Below, in pieces: positions 36,491-51,100 of a DNA stretch of 64,000 bases; position 1 is the first letter of the stretch; each line of letters begins with the position of its first letter. The stretch lies in contig NW_003314352.1 in assembly GCF_000143415.4 (NCBI RefSeq), forward strand, positions 1-64,000, read 5' to 3'. The stretch is from Selaginella moellendorffii. Taxonomy: Eukaryota > Plantae > Lycopodiophyta. A program made the translations under genes and the position numbers. The notes beneath the pieces are model-generated. The model had not been told where the DNA came from. It did no database searches and was given only the letters and a program-made list of their open reading frames with translations.

Positions 36491-39400
36491 AGCTAGTGTC
36501 CAATGAAACGGAATATTACTCTTCATCAACTCAGTCAACGAAAGAGCAATTCTTGCAAAATTGCGGATAAACTTGCGATAGTATCCCGCTAAACCGAGAA
36601 GGAACGAACATCTGATATAGTGGTCAGGACTTCCCAAGATTTCACCACTTCCACCTTCTTTGGATCGACTTCAATCACGCCACCACCAACTATATATCCA
36701 AGAAAGTTTATGCACAATTGACCAAAAGCGCATCTACTTTCTTTAGCATACAATTTGTGTTCACGCAACTTCTGAAACACCAGATCCAAGTGTTTCAAAT
36801 GATCCTTCAACGTTTCACTAAAGACTAGAACATCGTCGATATATAGGACAACAAATGCATCCAAATAATCTCCAAATATTCTATCCATCATAGTGCTGAA
36901 TGTTGCCAAAGCATTGCATAACCCGAATAGCATGACAAGGAACTCATAAGATCCGTACCGAGTGTTAAAGGATGTCTTCTCCACATCTTGATCTGCCACC
37001 CGTATCTGATGATACCTAGACCGCAAATCAAATCGTGTAAAGAGTTGGTCAAACAAGTCATCAATGTGAGGCAAAGAATAATTGTTCTTGACCATGATCT
37101 TGTTGAGTGCCCGATAGTCAATACACATCCCCATGGTTCCATCCTTTTTCATAACGAAAAGGACCGGCGCTCCATAAGGTGACTTGCTTGGTTAGATATA
37201 ACCTTTGTCAAGAAGCTCTATGAGTTGCTTCTTGAGTTCAGCCATCTCCTTGATGTTTAATCGATACAGAGCTTTTGTAGGTGGTTTAGAACCCAGAATA
37301 ACCTCAATCTGATGATCAACCTCACGACTAGGAGGTAGCCTTGGCGGCAAATCCTTCGGGAAGATATCTTGATTCCTCGCCAACAACTCCAGTATCTTCT
37401 TTGGTACAGGATCAACCCCGTCGCCAATTCGAACTGAGTCCAACACCCTCAGCTTCCATCACTTGAACCCAAAAGGTTCGACATCCCTTTTTAGCTGCTT
37501 TTTGAGTGGCCCTTGCAGTTAGGAATTTTGCATCCCAATCCTTTAAGGAACGCTTTTGCAACTGGAAGGACACATCAGGACATCCTTCGGACTTCAACGT
37601 GATATGACTTTATCCAGCACCATAAATCCCTTTTATATATTTGTTGAAGAAGTCCATACCAAACACCATATGAAAATCTGGTATTTTCAACACTACCAAG
37701 TGCATTCTTTCCTTCCACTTGGATATCTTTATTGGAACATCACTCACAAACTTTCTGGCTACTTGCCCACCTTCCATAAACCGGAAGTGCATAGGCGATA
37801 TTTGCTCAGCATTCAATCCTAACAACTTAACTAAGTCTTTGGATATCACGCTGTGCATAGCTCCCGTGTCAATCATCACTTGGATTCGGTGTCCACAGAC
37901 AAAGCCTACCAGATACATCAACGGATCAGCATTTGTATTGACTGCAAGAAAAGCTTGAGGAAAGCAACGAAAGTTACTCACCTCCTCTTTCTCATAGTTT
38001 GCATTGACCAACTCGTCAACCCCTTCAACTTCCCCTCCACCATCTTCCCTCATGACATTAACATGAGACCTTGTCTTATGCTTGTTGGGACATTTTGAGA
38101 CCTATGTCCTGACTCTCCATAATGGAAGCAATGACCCACACTACCTGTTCCGCTAGGAGCAAGTTTTGCAAGTTGTTGCTACTTGTACCCACCAAGAGGA
38201 GGAACAGAGGGCCTAGGACCAGAAGAAGCTGCTGGTGGTCTCCAACCACCACCACCTTTGTTAACCATTGCTTGTGAGCCTCCAGAGCGGAACCTGCCTT
38301 CCACCCTCTATTTCCAATCACCTTGTTTATTCCCAGAATTCCTATGCTTATCCGAGTTACTAGCATACGGTTGCTGATATTGTTCCATGAGTGAGTGACT
38401 AAAAGCAACTTGCTGCGCTGCCTCCTTACACTCCACGTACGTCTTTGGCTTAAACTTCAAAATCTCATTGTGAGAAAATGAACTTAAACCCTCTAGAAAA
38501 TAACTTCGGGCATCTTTGTCACTCATATTTGCAATCATAATGCACTTCTGAGCAAATGCATTAACGTAATGCATAAGATCCTCTCACTGCTTTAACCACC
38601 ACAGCTCCACACGAAGTCTTAGACCAAGATCATCCGGCAAGTATTTCTTACAGATACAAGACTGCATCTTGGTCCAACTTCTAGTCTGCCCTTTTTCAGC
38701 ACACACTTGGCACCACCAAGTTTTGGCATGATCAGTGAGAAAGGATTGCGCGCACGCAACTTTCATACGATCATCTACATCTGCCGCTATGAAATAATTT
38801 TCCATATTGTAGATCCAATCTTCCAAAACCTGATAGTCCCGCATGCCTCTGAAATTGGGTGGTTTCGGAGGCTTGAACTTTGAAACTCGTGCAACCGGGG
38901 GCAGCTACAGAACTTCATCGTCCTCAAAACTTGAAGAGGAGTCCAGTTGCTTAGGCTTAGCTGGTTGGCTGCCACAACTTCTTTTTTCCTCTTCTTGTTC
39001 TCTTTCTTCAATTTGCGAATCTCCCTTCGCAAATTCTCGATCTCGACTTCCTGAGCCATATGCTGCAATGCCGCAGCATCTGGCTCTTCCTCTTCTGACT
39101 CAGCCTCAGCCTCTTCCACAACATCTATAGAAGGAGTTTCCTCCTCTCGATTCACCTGTCTAGAGGTTTCACCATCATCAACACAGTTCCTTTTCACCAT
39201 CCCGCTAGCTGCATGCATGTCTCTATCAATAACTGAACATGCTTACAATGTTCTTACCGAATGGTGCAATCCCACTAATCCTACACAAGTCGCTTCGGAT
39301 CTACTAGAAAAGTCTTTGCATATGCAACTTGAATCAGAAAATCCGACAAAAGTTGGATAGGAATCGCTGAGAAAATTCCTCTGATACCAAATGTAGAACA

Positions 39401-40300
39401 CATGAATTTGGAGCCAAACTCCAAGCCTGTTGCGCTATGAAACAAGGGTCCGATACAATCCCATGAGCACCAGCTCCCCATATCCAACACCTGTACGCAA
39501 AATGGTGTCAGACGAAGTCTGACACAATTTTGGCATACCGGTGGCCTAACGTGAGGAGGAGGGTACCCCACTGACTAGAGCAGTGTGGAGCTTGGGCTTA
39601 GACCCAAGCCGGAGGCAGAACAAGGAGCGATACAGCCCAGCGGGAGCCAAACTAATGTCTCAAGTGGTCAGACATGCATTCCAACCACTATCCCTACTAT
39701 ATATTTGGAACCCCCCCCCCGCCCTTGAGGGACACACGCTTTGGGCTTTCACCCCAAGCCTCCCTTAGTATTAGGAGTTAGTCTCTGGGACAAGCTCGGA
39801 ACTTACTAAATATGGAATAGCATTAGATTGCGAATTTGGACACGGGACGAACACCATTGTGTTCAGGCTAACCTCTACATTCCATAGATATGCCAAATAA
39901 GCAAATCTAGACACTTTCCATAATTAGCATTTGGGACCGAAATAAGACTAACCCTAAGAGCATGATAGCAAAGGTGTTTGGCAGACACAATAAGCTATCA
40001 TTCAGCGATATTGAAGAATTAGTCTCAATATGCGGGGGCTCTTGATACTAGCAAGTGCAAGCTAATGATAGGAGTTTCTCAAACCAAGCCAAGTATGCTC
40101 AGCAAGAAACACATAGGGTTCCTACCTTATGTTTATTTGATTTAAGTACACAGTTATTGATCAGTTTCTCAACTAGCTCAAGTGGGAACAATAAAGGGAA
40201 CTAACTGTACTGACCCTTTGCCGTCATGGCAGTAAGGAAAGAGTGTCCGTAAGGACTGGCCAACAAGTATCTTTCGATATCCGAAGTCACATTCACAACA
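36490..40300 (-). mobile_element. Ty3/gypsy retrotransposon (family C), 5' LTR + gag-PR-RT, 3' part deleted
   Basis: LTR ~39392-40300, PBS TGGTATCAGAG 39379-39389, gag WIYNMENYF, protease MIDTGAMHS, RT LYIDD, VRSFLGLAGYYRKFI; frameshifts and stops. Confidence 0.9.
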
Positions 40301-40473
40301 TTGGTGGTCAAGTATATCACCATTTGTATTGGCATTGAAAGGCCCTAGGAGTGGGTCTGTAGCATGTCAATATAGTATGAGTTTCCACTTTAGTTCATAT
40401 GTGAATATATAGGCAATATAGTGGATAGAAATGGTTTAATAAGGGAACGACTTTGGGATTTTAGGAATAGTAT

Positions 40474-43400
40474 TGTAGTGCATGTGGTTTTTACCCTTTA
40501 TCTTATGGTTATTTACTATAGGATAATCATAAAGTGGAACCTAAACCCTTCATATGCCATGTATCACATGCCACATGCCACATGCCACATGTCCAAGGAC
40601 AATAGAGTGGAATCTGAGTTTCAAGGCTTTGGGCCATTGAATGAAGGAACAGAGCCAAACTCCCAAGCATAGAGCCAAGGAGTAATGGAACTGGAGGATG
40701 GAGCGACTCTAAAGTGTACAGCCCAAAAAGCAAAGGGACAAGAACATGGAGCAAGTTGAAATAGTCCTAAAGTATTTAACATTCCAATGCTAGGACCAGC
40801 ATGCAAAATGGAGGTAAACAAAGCTTAGCGCTATTTCAGCATACCAATGCCTAACACAAAGATATAAGTACTCCACCAATTAGCATGGTATGGAATTTGG
40901 GCTTAAGTCTAAGTCGGACGTAGAACAAGGACAAGCACATAAGTGGGAGCTAAACTATGCCTCAAGTTAGTTGACTGTGCCTGACCTACCTATTATCCCT
41001 ACAATACATTTGGAAAAACCCCCATAGCCCCCCTGAGGAACACACGCTTTGGGCTTTCACCCTTAGCCACCTTTAGTACCAGGAGTTAGTCTCTAGGACA
41101 AGTTTGAAACTTATTAATGATGAAATATCTTTGGATTCCGAATTTAGACACAGAATGAACACCATTGTGTTCAGGGCAATCTCCACATTCTGTAGATATA
41201 CCAAATGAGCAAATCCATACACTTTCCATAAATAGTATTTGGGACCAAAATAAGACTAACATAAAGAGCATAATAGCATTTGGCAAATACGGTAAACTAT
41301 CATTCAGCGATATTGATGAATTAGTCTTAATATGCAAGGGTCTTGTCACTAACCAATGCAAGACATAACAAGACGGGAACTCCCTACTAAACTAACTATA
41401 CTTAGTTAATAGCATTTAAGAATTCCGTCCTTATGCTCATCCGGTCTAAATACACTCAAAATGCCCAATTAACTTCACTAGCACAAGAGGAACTAAAAAG
41501 GGATTAGTAATACTAACCTCCTTCCGTGGTGGCAGTAAGGAAAGAATATCTAAAAGGATTAGCCGACAAATAACTTTTAATACCCGAAGTCACATTCACG
41601 ACACTTTCCCCCCCTTAGGGAAGATCGACGTCCTCGTCGATGTATACTCGAATCTAGACCACTGCCAAGGAAACAACTCTAGAAAAAGTTCATGGTGATG
41701 ACACTATGTGACAAATACACCAATTCAAATGAGTTAGGATAACTTTTTTGTTTAACACAAATGTGTTACCAACTTAGACACCTTCCAACCATCACCAACA
41801 AAGAAATGATCAATGGAGTTACCAATGTTGTTCTAGGTGTTACCCAGCTTACGAAAGTGTGATATACCCTTGCCTGTAGGTGGCATAGAGAAAGAAACCA
41901 AAAGCCCCAACCCTCATGAGCAAAGAAACCAAACCTATTGGTAAGGTTTAAATACACTATTACAAATAGATAGTTAGAGTTGTTTACATGGTCATGCCCT
42001 TTTAAAATGAAAAAAAGGAACATCAACAAAGAGGCGGATGAGGTAACCAATTGATAATAACTACCCCATGACTAAAAATTTCACCATGCACACAAAATGT
42101 CGAAGTCATTTTGCCTATACTGGCCTAAACTCAAAGATCAATTCCAAGTATTCTAAGTAAATTATCATCCGATAAACCAAAATTATAGTATAGGAACACC
42201 AAGATCTTTAAAGGTTAAGGTCATAAGATTAACCATCTAACAAAAATCAATAGTAAGTAATCATCAAGAAAACTTATTGATAAAACTTAACTATCAAAGA
42301 TTGTAGATAGCATGTTAAATAACTTATGTAAGATAACTCAAAAAACACAAGGTATCATTAATTGGCAAGCAAAGTGCTCATGAATGTATCACCCAAAGGA
42401 AATAACATCCAATCTATCAAAACTAACTATAACAATAATTAATAGAATAAAATGAGTGTTGCAAAGGGCAACAAACATAACGTTTATGTTAACTATTGCA
42501 CTAGTCAATTGAAATAGATCCTAATTAACAAAATAAAAGAACTTAATTTCTTAAGCAAGCATTAGCAACATTCTACTAATGTCTCAAACCCAAGAGACAA
42601 ATCCAAAGCAAACCACGAAGAACATGCAGTAATGTGAAAAACCATAAACTATAAAAGAGAATAACTAATTATCATGAAAGATCATCAATCATCCCATCAA
42701 TAAAGAAATGCACAATCATTGTTAAAAAAAGAATCCACCATCTTGAAAAATAGCAAATCATTATATATCAATAATAATTTAGTAAAACTTTTGGCAAGGA
42801 TAATCAACTATTCTAGATTATAATCAATGATCACTAATGATTGCTAGATGCAAATACTAACTTCAACATTGAAGTTAATGAGCCAAAATGCCTTCCCCAA
42901 CAACTTCTAACAAATGAAATAATGAGCATAAAAAGAACTCAAAGAACCAAAAGCTCAAAAAAGCCTATAACTAAGTCTAGCTTAATAATAATCACAAGTT
43001 TCATATAAACTAGTTTCAATGTTAAAGAAGAAATTTTGGTACAACCTATAATATCTTTCTCAACACATCTATAAGCTAAATTTCATAATGTCAAAGTTAA
43101 TGAAAAGCATGTTTGCATCAATTCAAAAGTTACGCATAACAAAGTTCTGCTCAACAAGTGATCATCAATCGATCCTCCATGAATTCATTTATAGCAAGAC
43201 GTAACTCACTTTATAACAAGCATAAAAGAAATCATTAGTGATCAATATATTCTAACTCAAATCCAACAAAGATTCAAACATCTTCAATATTGATCACTAA
43301 CTCTTCCTCTTGTAAAGTTAGTATAATCCATGATTAAATCACTTTTTAAGGAAAAACCAAAGCTCAACCCCTACTAAACAATCTCATCTAGAACACAACT

Positions 43401-45132
43401 CAATTTACTACTCAGCTCATTTGAACATCAACATTGTTGCTAACTAGCAAATGTATAAATGTCAATAATATAAAGTTATACCCAAATCATCAACATTATC
43501 TTTATCAAGACTAATGAAACTTAATATCAATCCTAAAGAGAGACATTTCATTTCACTTGAATATCAATATCAACAATATCAATAACAAAATATTCCTTCA
43601 ATATTATTAATACCAGAATAAAACTAAAAGAAAGCAAGAGTGAATCACCACTCAAAGCTCTCTAGCAACTAAGCTAACTAAGGTCAGAGATATTATATTT
43701 AATATCTGAGACTAATCCTTTAGCAAAACAACTCAATTACAGATAACACATCATCAAGGAGTGATTCACTACGTCCAAGACTCAATATAATCCAACATTA
43801 CGGACTAAACACAACCAAATGATATCGATAAAGGTGGAGTTGATGTGCCAACATGGAAAAATCAAGCAAGCCATAACATAACACCATCTAGTAAAGCAAG
43901 TTATCACTACTAAATCATCATCATGAGAAAATCAAGTATCAATGGTCCTTGATGAAATTTAAACAACAATCACTAGTTACAAAGCAACCAATAATCACTT
44001 TTTAACTTGACTTCACAAGACCCTAACACTAAACTCATGCCATCGAGTCATATACTTATCAAGTATGAGATATAGGAACATGAACAAGCACAGACTAAAT
44101 AACCACTCGAATCCAACTTAATCAAAATAAGCTCATTACTACATCTAGCCAATAACTCTGAGCATGCCTTAAAGAGGCTAGCTATACATGATTAACACTT
44201 AGTTGAAACGAAAGTGAAGACCATGAAATGGACTCATAGTGGTACATAACCTTTTTATAGACAAAACTAGAGTATAGGTACTAACACCTTAACCTCACAC
44301 AACTAAGTTCGACATCATCTTCCTTAGCCAAGGCACAAGGCTAACAAGACCAAGTCAGGATCAATGAGAGCTCACTACTTTCATAGAGTTTAATGAAATG
44401 TAAGGTGCAACTTACCACCGAGCATAATGCTATAAAAGAAAAGCACAAGGCACCTTTCTAGAAAAATGTAATAGCCATTTTTTTACACTAACTCTAGACT
44501 TTATTCAACTCAATTGCCTTAGCCCCAACAATTAGCATCTCTTTCGAGTGTATCATACAAACTACATATAAAAGTTTAAGCTAACTGAAATTAACTTCAA
44601 CCCTTTCACTAATTTGTAATGGCTTTTGACAATGGAATGATTTTTAGGCAAAATAATCAACAAATCAGCCATTGGAAAAGTCTAAAAAAATTTATGGAAA
44701 AATTTTCCATCCCAGAGAAAGAATGACTCTCAATCTAAGAATATAAATCTCATGACTTAACCAACTTCCTCCTACTAACAACTTCACAAAGGTTCACATT
44801 AACACAAATTCTTATGATCAAACATCATGCCTATATATCCAAATCCAACAGCGAAATCCGCAAAATGCAAAATGAATATCCTAGGCTTGATTCCAAAGAC
44901 CATATTTTTAGATATCCACATTGCTCTAACACTCTTCTTCAATTACCTTCAAGATCCAATGTGAAGCCAAAACACTAATAAGAAAAATGATATAAAAAAT
45001 CAAGGTTTAAAGAAAATTCTTCATCACTCGAAATAATAATGTTACTTCCACTAACACAAGTGTTAGTGATGTCAATGCTTCAAGTATACACCTTCTCCAT
45101 TCAACAATCTACTCCAAATGCTAATGAATAAC
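40474..45132 (-). mobile_element. Highly decayed LTR element (family D): 3' LTR 40474-41603 plus AT-rich internal region
   Basis: LTR partly homologous to family C LTR (41000-41600 vs 39690-40300); PPT complement ctttccccccc after 41603; internal 44350-45130 is the reverse complement of 62140-62943. Confidence 0.7.
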
Positions 45133-45720
45133 TATAAGCCACAAATTTTTCCTTTCTAATTTGCTATCTTACCTCATTTATCCGACCACCATGGCCTTAG
45201 CTTGAGTTAAATTCCTTTGCCAAGGTTTCTGCCTATTGTACCAGCTCGTATTTGATTCTACTTGGTTTTAACAACTCACTACATAAGCAATGGAGCATTA
45301 GCTATTCATTTACAGATTCTTAAATTCTCTTTTAATCCACCTTCCTGGGTTAGATTGAACTTAAAGTTGGCTACACTCCTTGCAGGCATAAGCAGCCAAG
45401 CACACCAAACCTTTAGGTTCCTAACATCCCTTGATACAACAAAATTTGATCATAAGACTCTCTAAATCCCAAACTTGGGTGCAACACTTGTTTTGGGACA
45501 TTGGGGAGAAACACCATGGATTAACGGCTTGGTATGGGTACCCTTACTCCCCCACTTCCATCCCAAAGGGAAGGCCTAAACCCCAGGAAGGGTGAGGATC
45601 AATGAGCTGCAAGGTACTCAAGTAGGGCACTATTCTACATAAGCCAGAAGCACCACAATTAATTTCTCTTCTAGGAGTGGAAGCTACTTTTGAGCACTTC
45701 CTTGGGTGGGCATGGACCAT
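45133..45720 (-). repeat. Degenerate partial family A LTR
   Basis: tataagccacaaattttt... collinear with 34295-34875. Confidence 0.85.
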
Positions 45721-48166
45721 ACTTGAGCTCACGAGTTGAGCTCAATTTTCAATTGTAACTTAGTACAAAAATTATAAACTTTAAAATTTTAAGGTTATGG
45801 CAAACCTAATAATTTCATAACTCTTTATATATTATATAGATAAAATTGTTTTAAAGGACACTTCTTGTTCTAATAATTTAAATATTTACTATATGCAATG
45901 ATAGGGATGTTTGTTAGAACATAAAATAAAATGTTTGCAAAAAGAGTATTCTTGTAACTTCTTTAAATTTGTACTCTGTACTTTCTAGCTAGTAAATGTC
46001 AGGTTTGTCAGAATTAAAAAATTATTAAATTTGAAATAAGATTCTATATAAAGCTATATAACTGTTTAAAAGGAAAAAAAATAACCATTGATGTAAGCTT
46101 ATTACATATAAAAGAAGGACTTGGTTCTTTCTAGAATGCATTTTTGAGAGGTTTGTTATAGCATACTGTCTAGAATTTAGAAATCTTCATTCACACTCTC
46201 ATTTGAAAAAAGGGAAATACACACAAATGTCTATAGGTTCTAGTGTTGGTAATTTTAATTCTCACAATCTTTCTTCCCAGGGTTCAAGGGCTAGGAGATG
46301 CAATAATTATCCCATTGCACAGCATAACCAAACCACACAAGAGAATGAAAGAGAGGATAGTGATCATGAGTTGAAGATGAATGTAATGACAGAGGGTGTA
46401 ACAAATTGGGTGAAAAAGAATGCCCTTTTACTGATTGAGTGCAATTTTGCTACTTTCAATAAATGCCCAATATATTTTCTAGTGTTTGGTGGAAATAATG
46501 GCAATGATCAATATAATGGTATATATGCTCTCACGACATATTACAACATCACACACCCGAAAAACTACCATGAAATCTTTTTTGAGATGGTAAAGACAGA
46601 AATGGAGACATACGAGTACTATGGGAAGTATTGCAAAAAGAACACTCAGAAGCATATAAAATGAAAAGTGAAATGAGAAAGCACATTTTTATTAATTATA
46701 TAAAGTATAATAAGTTTTATTGATAAAGAATAAATATCGATAGTGTTGGAGAAATCTAGTTAACTCTAAAAGTTTTTTGCAACTTAGCAATAGTAAGGCT
46801 TGCTTAGTGTATATGAATATCCACTTTAGGATCCTAATGCAAGATGTTAATGAAGATGTAGTACATATACTTGCAAGGAGCATATGCCTTCCCATGTTCC
46901 TCGTGCTTCGTAAAGTTTGGACATGTGCAAGAAGGAAAGTCGTGAATGGCAATTGTGTACTCTCCACCTTCTGTTTTGACTATGTACTCCTTTGCAAGCA
47001 CAGTGATGTACTTCATGGAAAGAATCTCACACTCAAGTGTTTGAGCCAAGTTTATTTTACCTTGCTTCTTCTTGGAGACAGTACCAATAAATTTAACTGC
47101 CTTACTTTTCGTGGTGGCCTCCTATGCATCTCTGTAGGAATAGTCCTGGTTCTGTCACTCATATCTCCAACTCTCCTCTCAAGATTGAAACTAGATTTCT
47201 CAAGGTTTTCAATCTCATCCGAGGTGAGTGCAACCCCATTAGCAACCGGCCATTCTTTAGGTATTGTATCACGTTTAGTCACTATAGTGTCTTCAAGCCG
47301 CTTCATATGGTTGGTGTCGGTGTTGCAACAATATAGCCAGCACCATCTCGAAAATCCTGCTTGCTTTTGTTCCCCGTAGAAACATGGGGCTGGAACAAAA
47401 GCAGATTTGTCACCATGAATCCAGGCCCAACACTTGCCCCTTGGAAGCATCCCCACACACCTTACATTCGATTTTGCTGGCATGTGTCGAATTGCCCATT
47501 GCTTTGGCTCCACGCTATGGTAAGCAATTTTAACCTGTTGCAATGCACTCTCTTCATCAGCCACTTGAGGTGGCTCAATCCGAGAGCGGTGTCTTGGAGC
47601 AGAATGGTACTCAACATCAGGCCTGTGAGAGCTTTTCGCTCCAAGGTCCATACTAACATCTTCCCCAGCAAAGGAAAAATAACGCTTGCAGCGGATAGTT
47701 TTCATATCACCAATAGAAGTTCGGGAGTGTACTCCATAGATGTGCCACGAACCACTTCCTCAACTGTAGTTGCCATTGTTCGGGCGGGTGGAGTTAATTT
47801 TCTCTTCATCCTATCATGTAACATCACAACAGAAGGCCTTGTTCCCATGTATCTTCCTTCTTCAAATGCCAGTGCTTTTCAAGATTGCTCTATAGCACGT
47901 ATTAAATCTGATAGACAGGCTTCATATAAACTCATCTTCCCTTTCCCTGCCTCAGAGGAACGCCAACTCCAGTGCTTACTTTCGGAGAGATTCACAATTG
48001 GGGTGTATGCGAAGTTTTCAAGTGGTTGATCCTAATGGAAAAGGCAATATTAAAAGGTAATAAAAGGAGAAGAAAAAATAGAAACCAACCTAAAAAGAGT
48101 AATGTCCCCACTGGAACATCCTAACTTCCCACCACCCTAACCATGATTCAAGTTGTGGTAGGCAAC

Positions 48167-51100
48167 TGTAAGCGACTAATTTTTCCATTCTACTTTAGTC
48201 ACTTAACCACACCTTCGACCACTTGGAGGAGTCTCACTCACAACCTCCTTAAGTCCAATTCAGGACTTGGACTTGCTAGCCCCAAGAATGGCATCCATGC
48301 CACTCAACACTTGCACCTGGTCCAAGTGCTCCACGTGTCCGGTCCCAAGACCGACACCCAAAGGTACCACTGACATCTCGGCCCGTTACGCTAAGGCCAT
48401 GCCCATTCACCTTTGCTGCACTAGTGGTCCAATACCACTTGCATCACCATCCCGTCTCTCCAAGACTGGGCCATCGGTCCACGAGTGGTCATCCTAGATC
48501 CACTCCTTAGCATCCTTAGGATGCTCACAGACCTGGGGAATCGCCTTCCCCAAAGTCCCTTTGTCAATTCCTACCAAGTCCCTTTTTGCCCCTGGCCGTG
48601 TTTGCCAACACTGCCACTGGATCGAGGCCCACAGGCCCGACCACTAAGTCCCATGGTCCTCTGGGACTTCCTCACCACACGACTGTGTCCTTGATCACTA
48701 CCCCAGAGGACTGCTCCTCTTCCTTTCCACAGTCTAGGCCTTTGGGACAACATTTCGGAACACCGTGGCCTTACGCGAGCCACCTGGGTACTCTCCCCGC
48801 CTTTCGCCTTTAGGTGCTCTAGCCATGGGCTTAGAGCGAGGTTCCGTTGAGCCACACCTGGTATCCAAGTAGGTAGTGCCACCCACACTTGGATTGGGAG
48901 CATCGGCCAGTCGATCTCCCGGGGGAACTAGAGCCGGCTCTGGAACACTTCACCAAGCTACCCCGCTTGTCGGTCTGTGTTCACTCTAGTCTTGGACTTC
49001 CCAGTGGGCATCTCATCACCCAACACTGGGTCCGGCCTTCCTGGGCCAAACTGGCCTTTCCTGGCCAAACTGGCTCCACTGCAGTCCTCCCCCTACTATA
49101 CTTTTGGAGCTCACCAAACCCCCCAGGGTCTGGGAGACGAACGCTTTGGGCTTTCACCCTCTCAGGCTCCGGACTCGGACTCGGACTCGGACTCGGACTC
49201 GGACTCGGACTCGGACTCGGATTCGGACTCGGACTCGGGCTCGGGCTCGGTCTCGGCCTCGGCCTCGGTCTCGGTCTCGGTCCCGATCTCAGTCTCGGTC
49301 TCGGTCTCGGTCCCGGTCTCGGTCTTGACTTCGGACTCCATCTCGGACTCCATCTCGGACTCCATCTCGGGTCCATCTCGGACTCCATCTCGGACTCCAT
49401 TTCGGGTCCATCTCGGGTCCACCTCAGACTCCATCTCGGACTCCATCTCGGACTCCATCTCGGGTCCATCTCGGACTCCACTTCGGACTCCAGCTCGGGT
49501 CCATCTCGGGGCCACCTCGGACTCCATCTCGGACTCCACTTTGGACTCCAACTCGGGTCCATCTCGGGTCCACCTCGGACTCCATCTCGGACTCCACTTC
49601 GGACTCCAACTCGGGTCCATCTCGGGTCCACCTCGGACTCCACTTCGGACTCCATCTCGGACACTCCCACGTGTCATGTGTTGGTCCTTTTGGGTCCCTT
49701 TTTGGAGCCTTGCCTTTTGCTCGCTTTGTGCTCGTTCCTCGAGCACTTCGTTGGGAGTTCCACTCCCGCTCTTGACTTTTCAAGTTGGAGCTTTTGGTCC
49801 AAACGTGTTACGCTCGTTTGGCTCTCGCTTTGGCCACTACCATGTGGCGCCCTTCCGGCTCCACTTTGGGGCCTAGGGATTTTGTGTCTCACAACTCCAC
49901 CACCCATAGACGAAGTTCGATGTCCTCATCGAACGGTAAACCCTTTCATAAAGTAACACCCACACGTGTTACCATTTCCATCCTTGGCACCTAGCCAATC
50001 TTTGTCTATGGTTTGACATCAAAGGCTCACCATGCCTTGTCCATCCTTTAAGGAGCGTAGTCTCTCCAACTTAAAGACTGATTGGACCACATGTAATGGT
50101 TCTCCCCTTTTATTGGTTTAGTTCTCGCTAAACCTCTTAGAGACCCTTCTCTAAGTCAATCCCACTACTCCTTCTCGAATAGTCTCAATTTCCATCTATT
50201 GAATGTTTGCACCTTGGAACTTTTACTCTTTTGACTTTTTGGAAGTCAATTTTCTAGGTGTCTCCAACACCTTGCATTGCACAGATTGTGCAACTCCACT
50301 TCCCTATCCTAGGAAGTTCATTACTTGAGGGCACCATCATCCTCTCTTCTATTTCGTGCCACCTTGGGCACTAAGTTCCATTTATCATACTTTGTGCTAG
50401 GGCTGTCCATGGCCCTATCATTTGGCTACCTTACCGCTCCCTCACTTGGAGCCTTTACTTCGCCAAATTGGAGCACTTAGGAATCCGTCCTTGAAAGTCC
50501 GCTTCCTTTCCCACAAGCTGTTAGCATCGAACACATTAGTGTTCCTTGGCTAACTTTGCCATTTGGATCCCTTCCATTAAATTCCATGGCCCAAACTTTG
50601 GCCACTAGTCCTTTGCTCCTATCCTTGATTGTTGCACCCAGCAACATCGGATCACTACCTCCATTTTTGAGGTATCCATTCGGTTCCATAGCAAAGACTC
50701 TTCTTTGCCAAGTCCGGAGGATGTTCACCCCTAGTATGTCTCTTTAGCATATTCTGCTATGGGCTCTATCCATGGCCCAACTTCGTGACCCTCCCATGGG
50801 TCTTTTATAGAGACTACTTTCCTCGGACTCACTATGCCATCGGACGGACATAGTTTATTTCCCTTAGGTGCTCTTCCCACTTGGTCATCACGACCAAGCC
50901 ACACCATCTTAAACAGTTCAATTTCAACATTTTGAACCAGGAACTTCATTCCTTAGCCAACCAAGGACCTTGTCCTTATCTGGCCATAAGATCACCTAGT
51001 GATCTCACCTTGGCACCTTAACAGAGTTGCCAAGAGGTACTTGGTCTTCTAGACCTCCAAGTTGTTGACTATAACCCCGGGGGCATCCCCCACACTTGGT

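Noticed and set aside
41604-45132. Organellar or foreign AT-rich insertion
   Set aside because: Flanked by LTR/PPT and homologous to 62140-62943; best explained as a decayed retroelement interior
46203-46664. 153-aa ORF with a weak trihelix-like NW...LLLIE stretch
   Set aside because: TTG start, AT-rich, too little support
47361-48029. 222-aa and 200-aa plus-strand ORFs
   Set aside because: Antisense to the Mutator transposase exons
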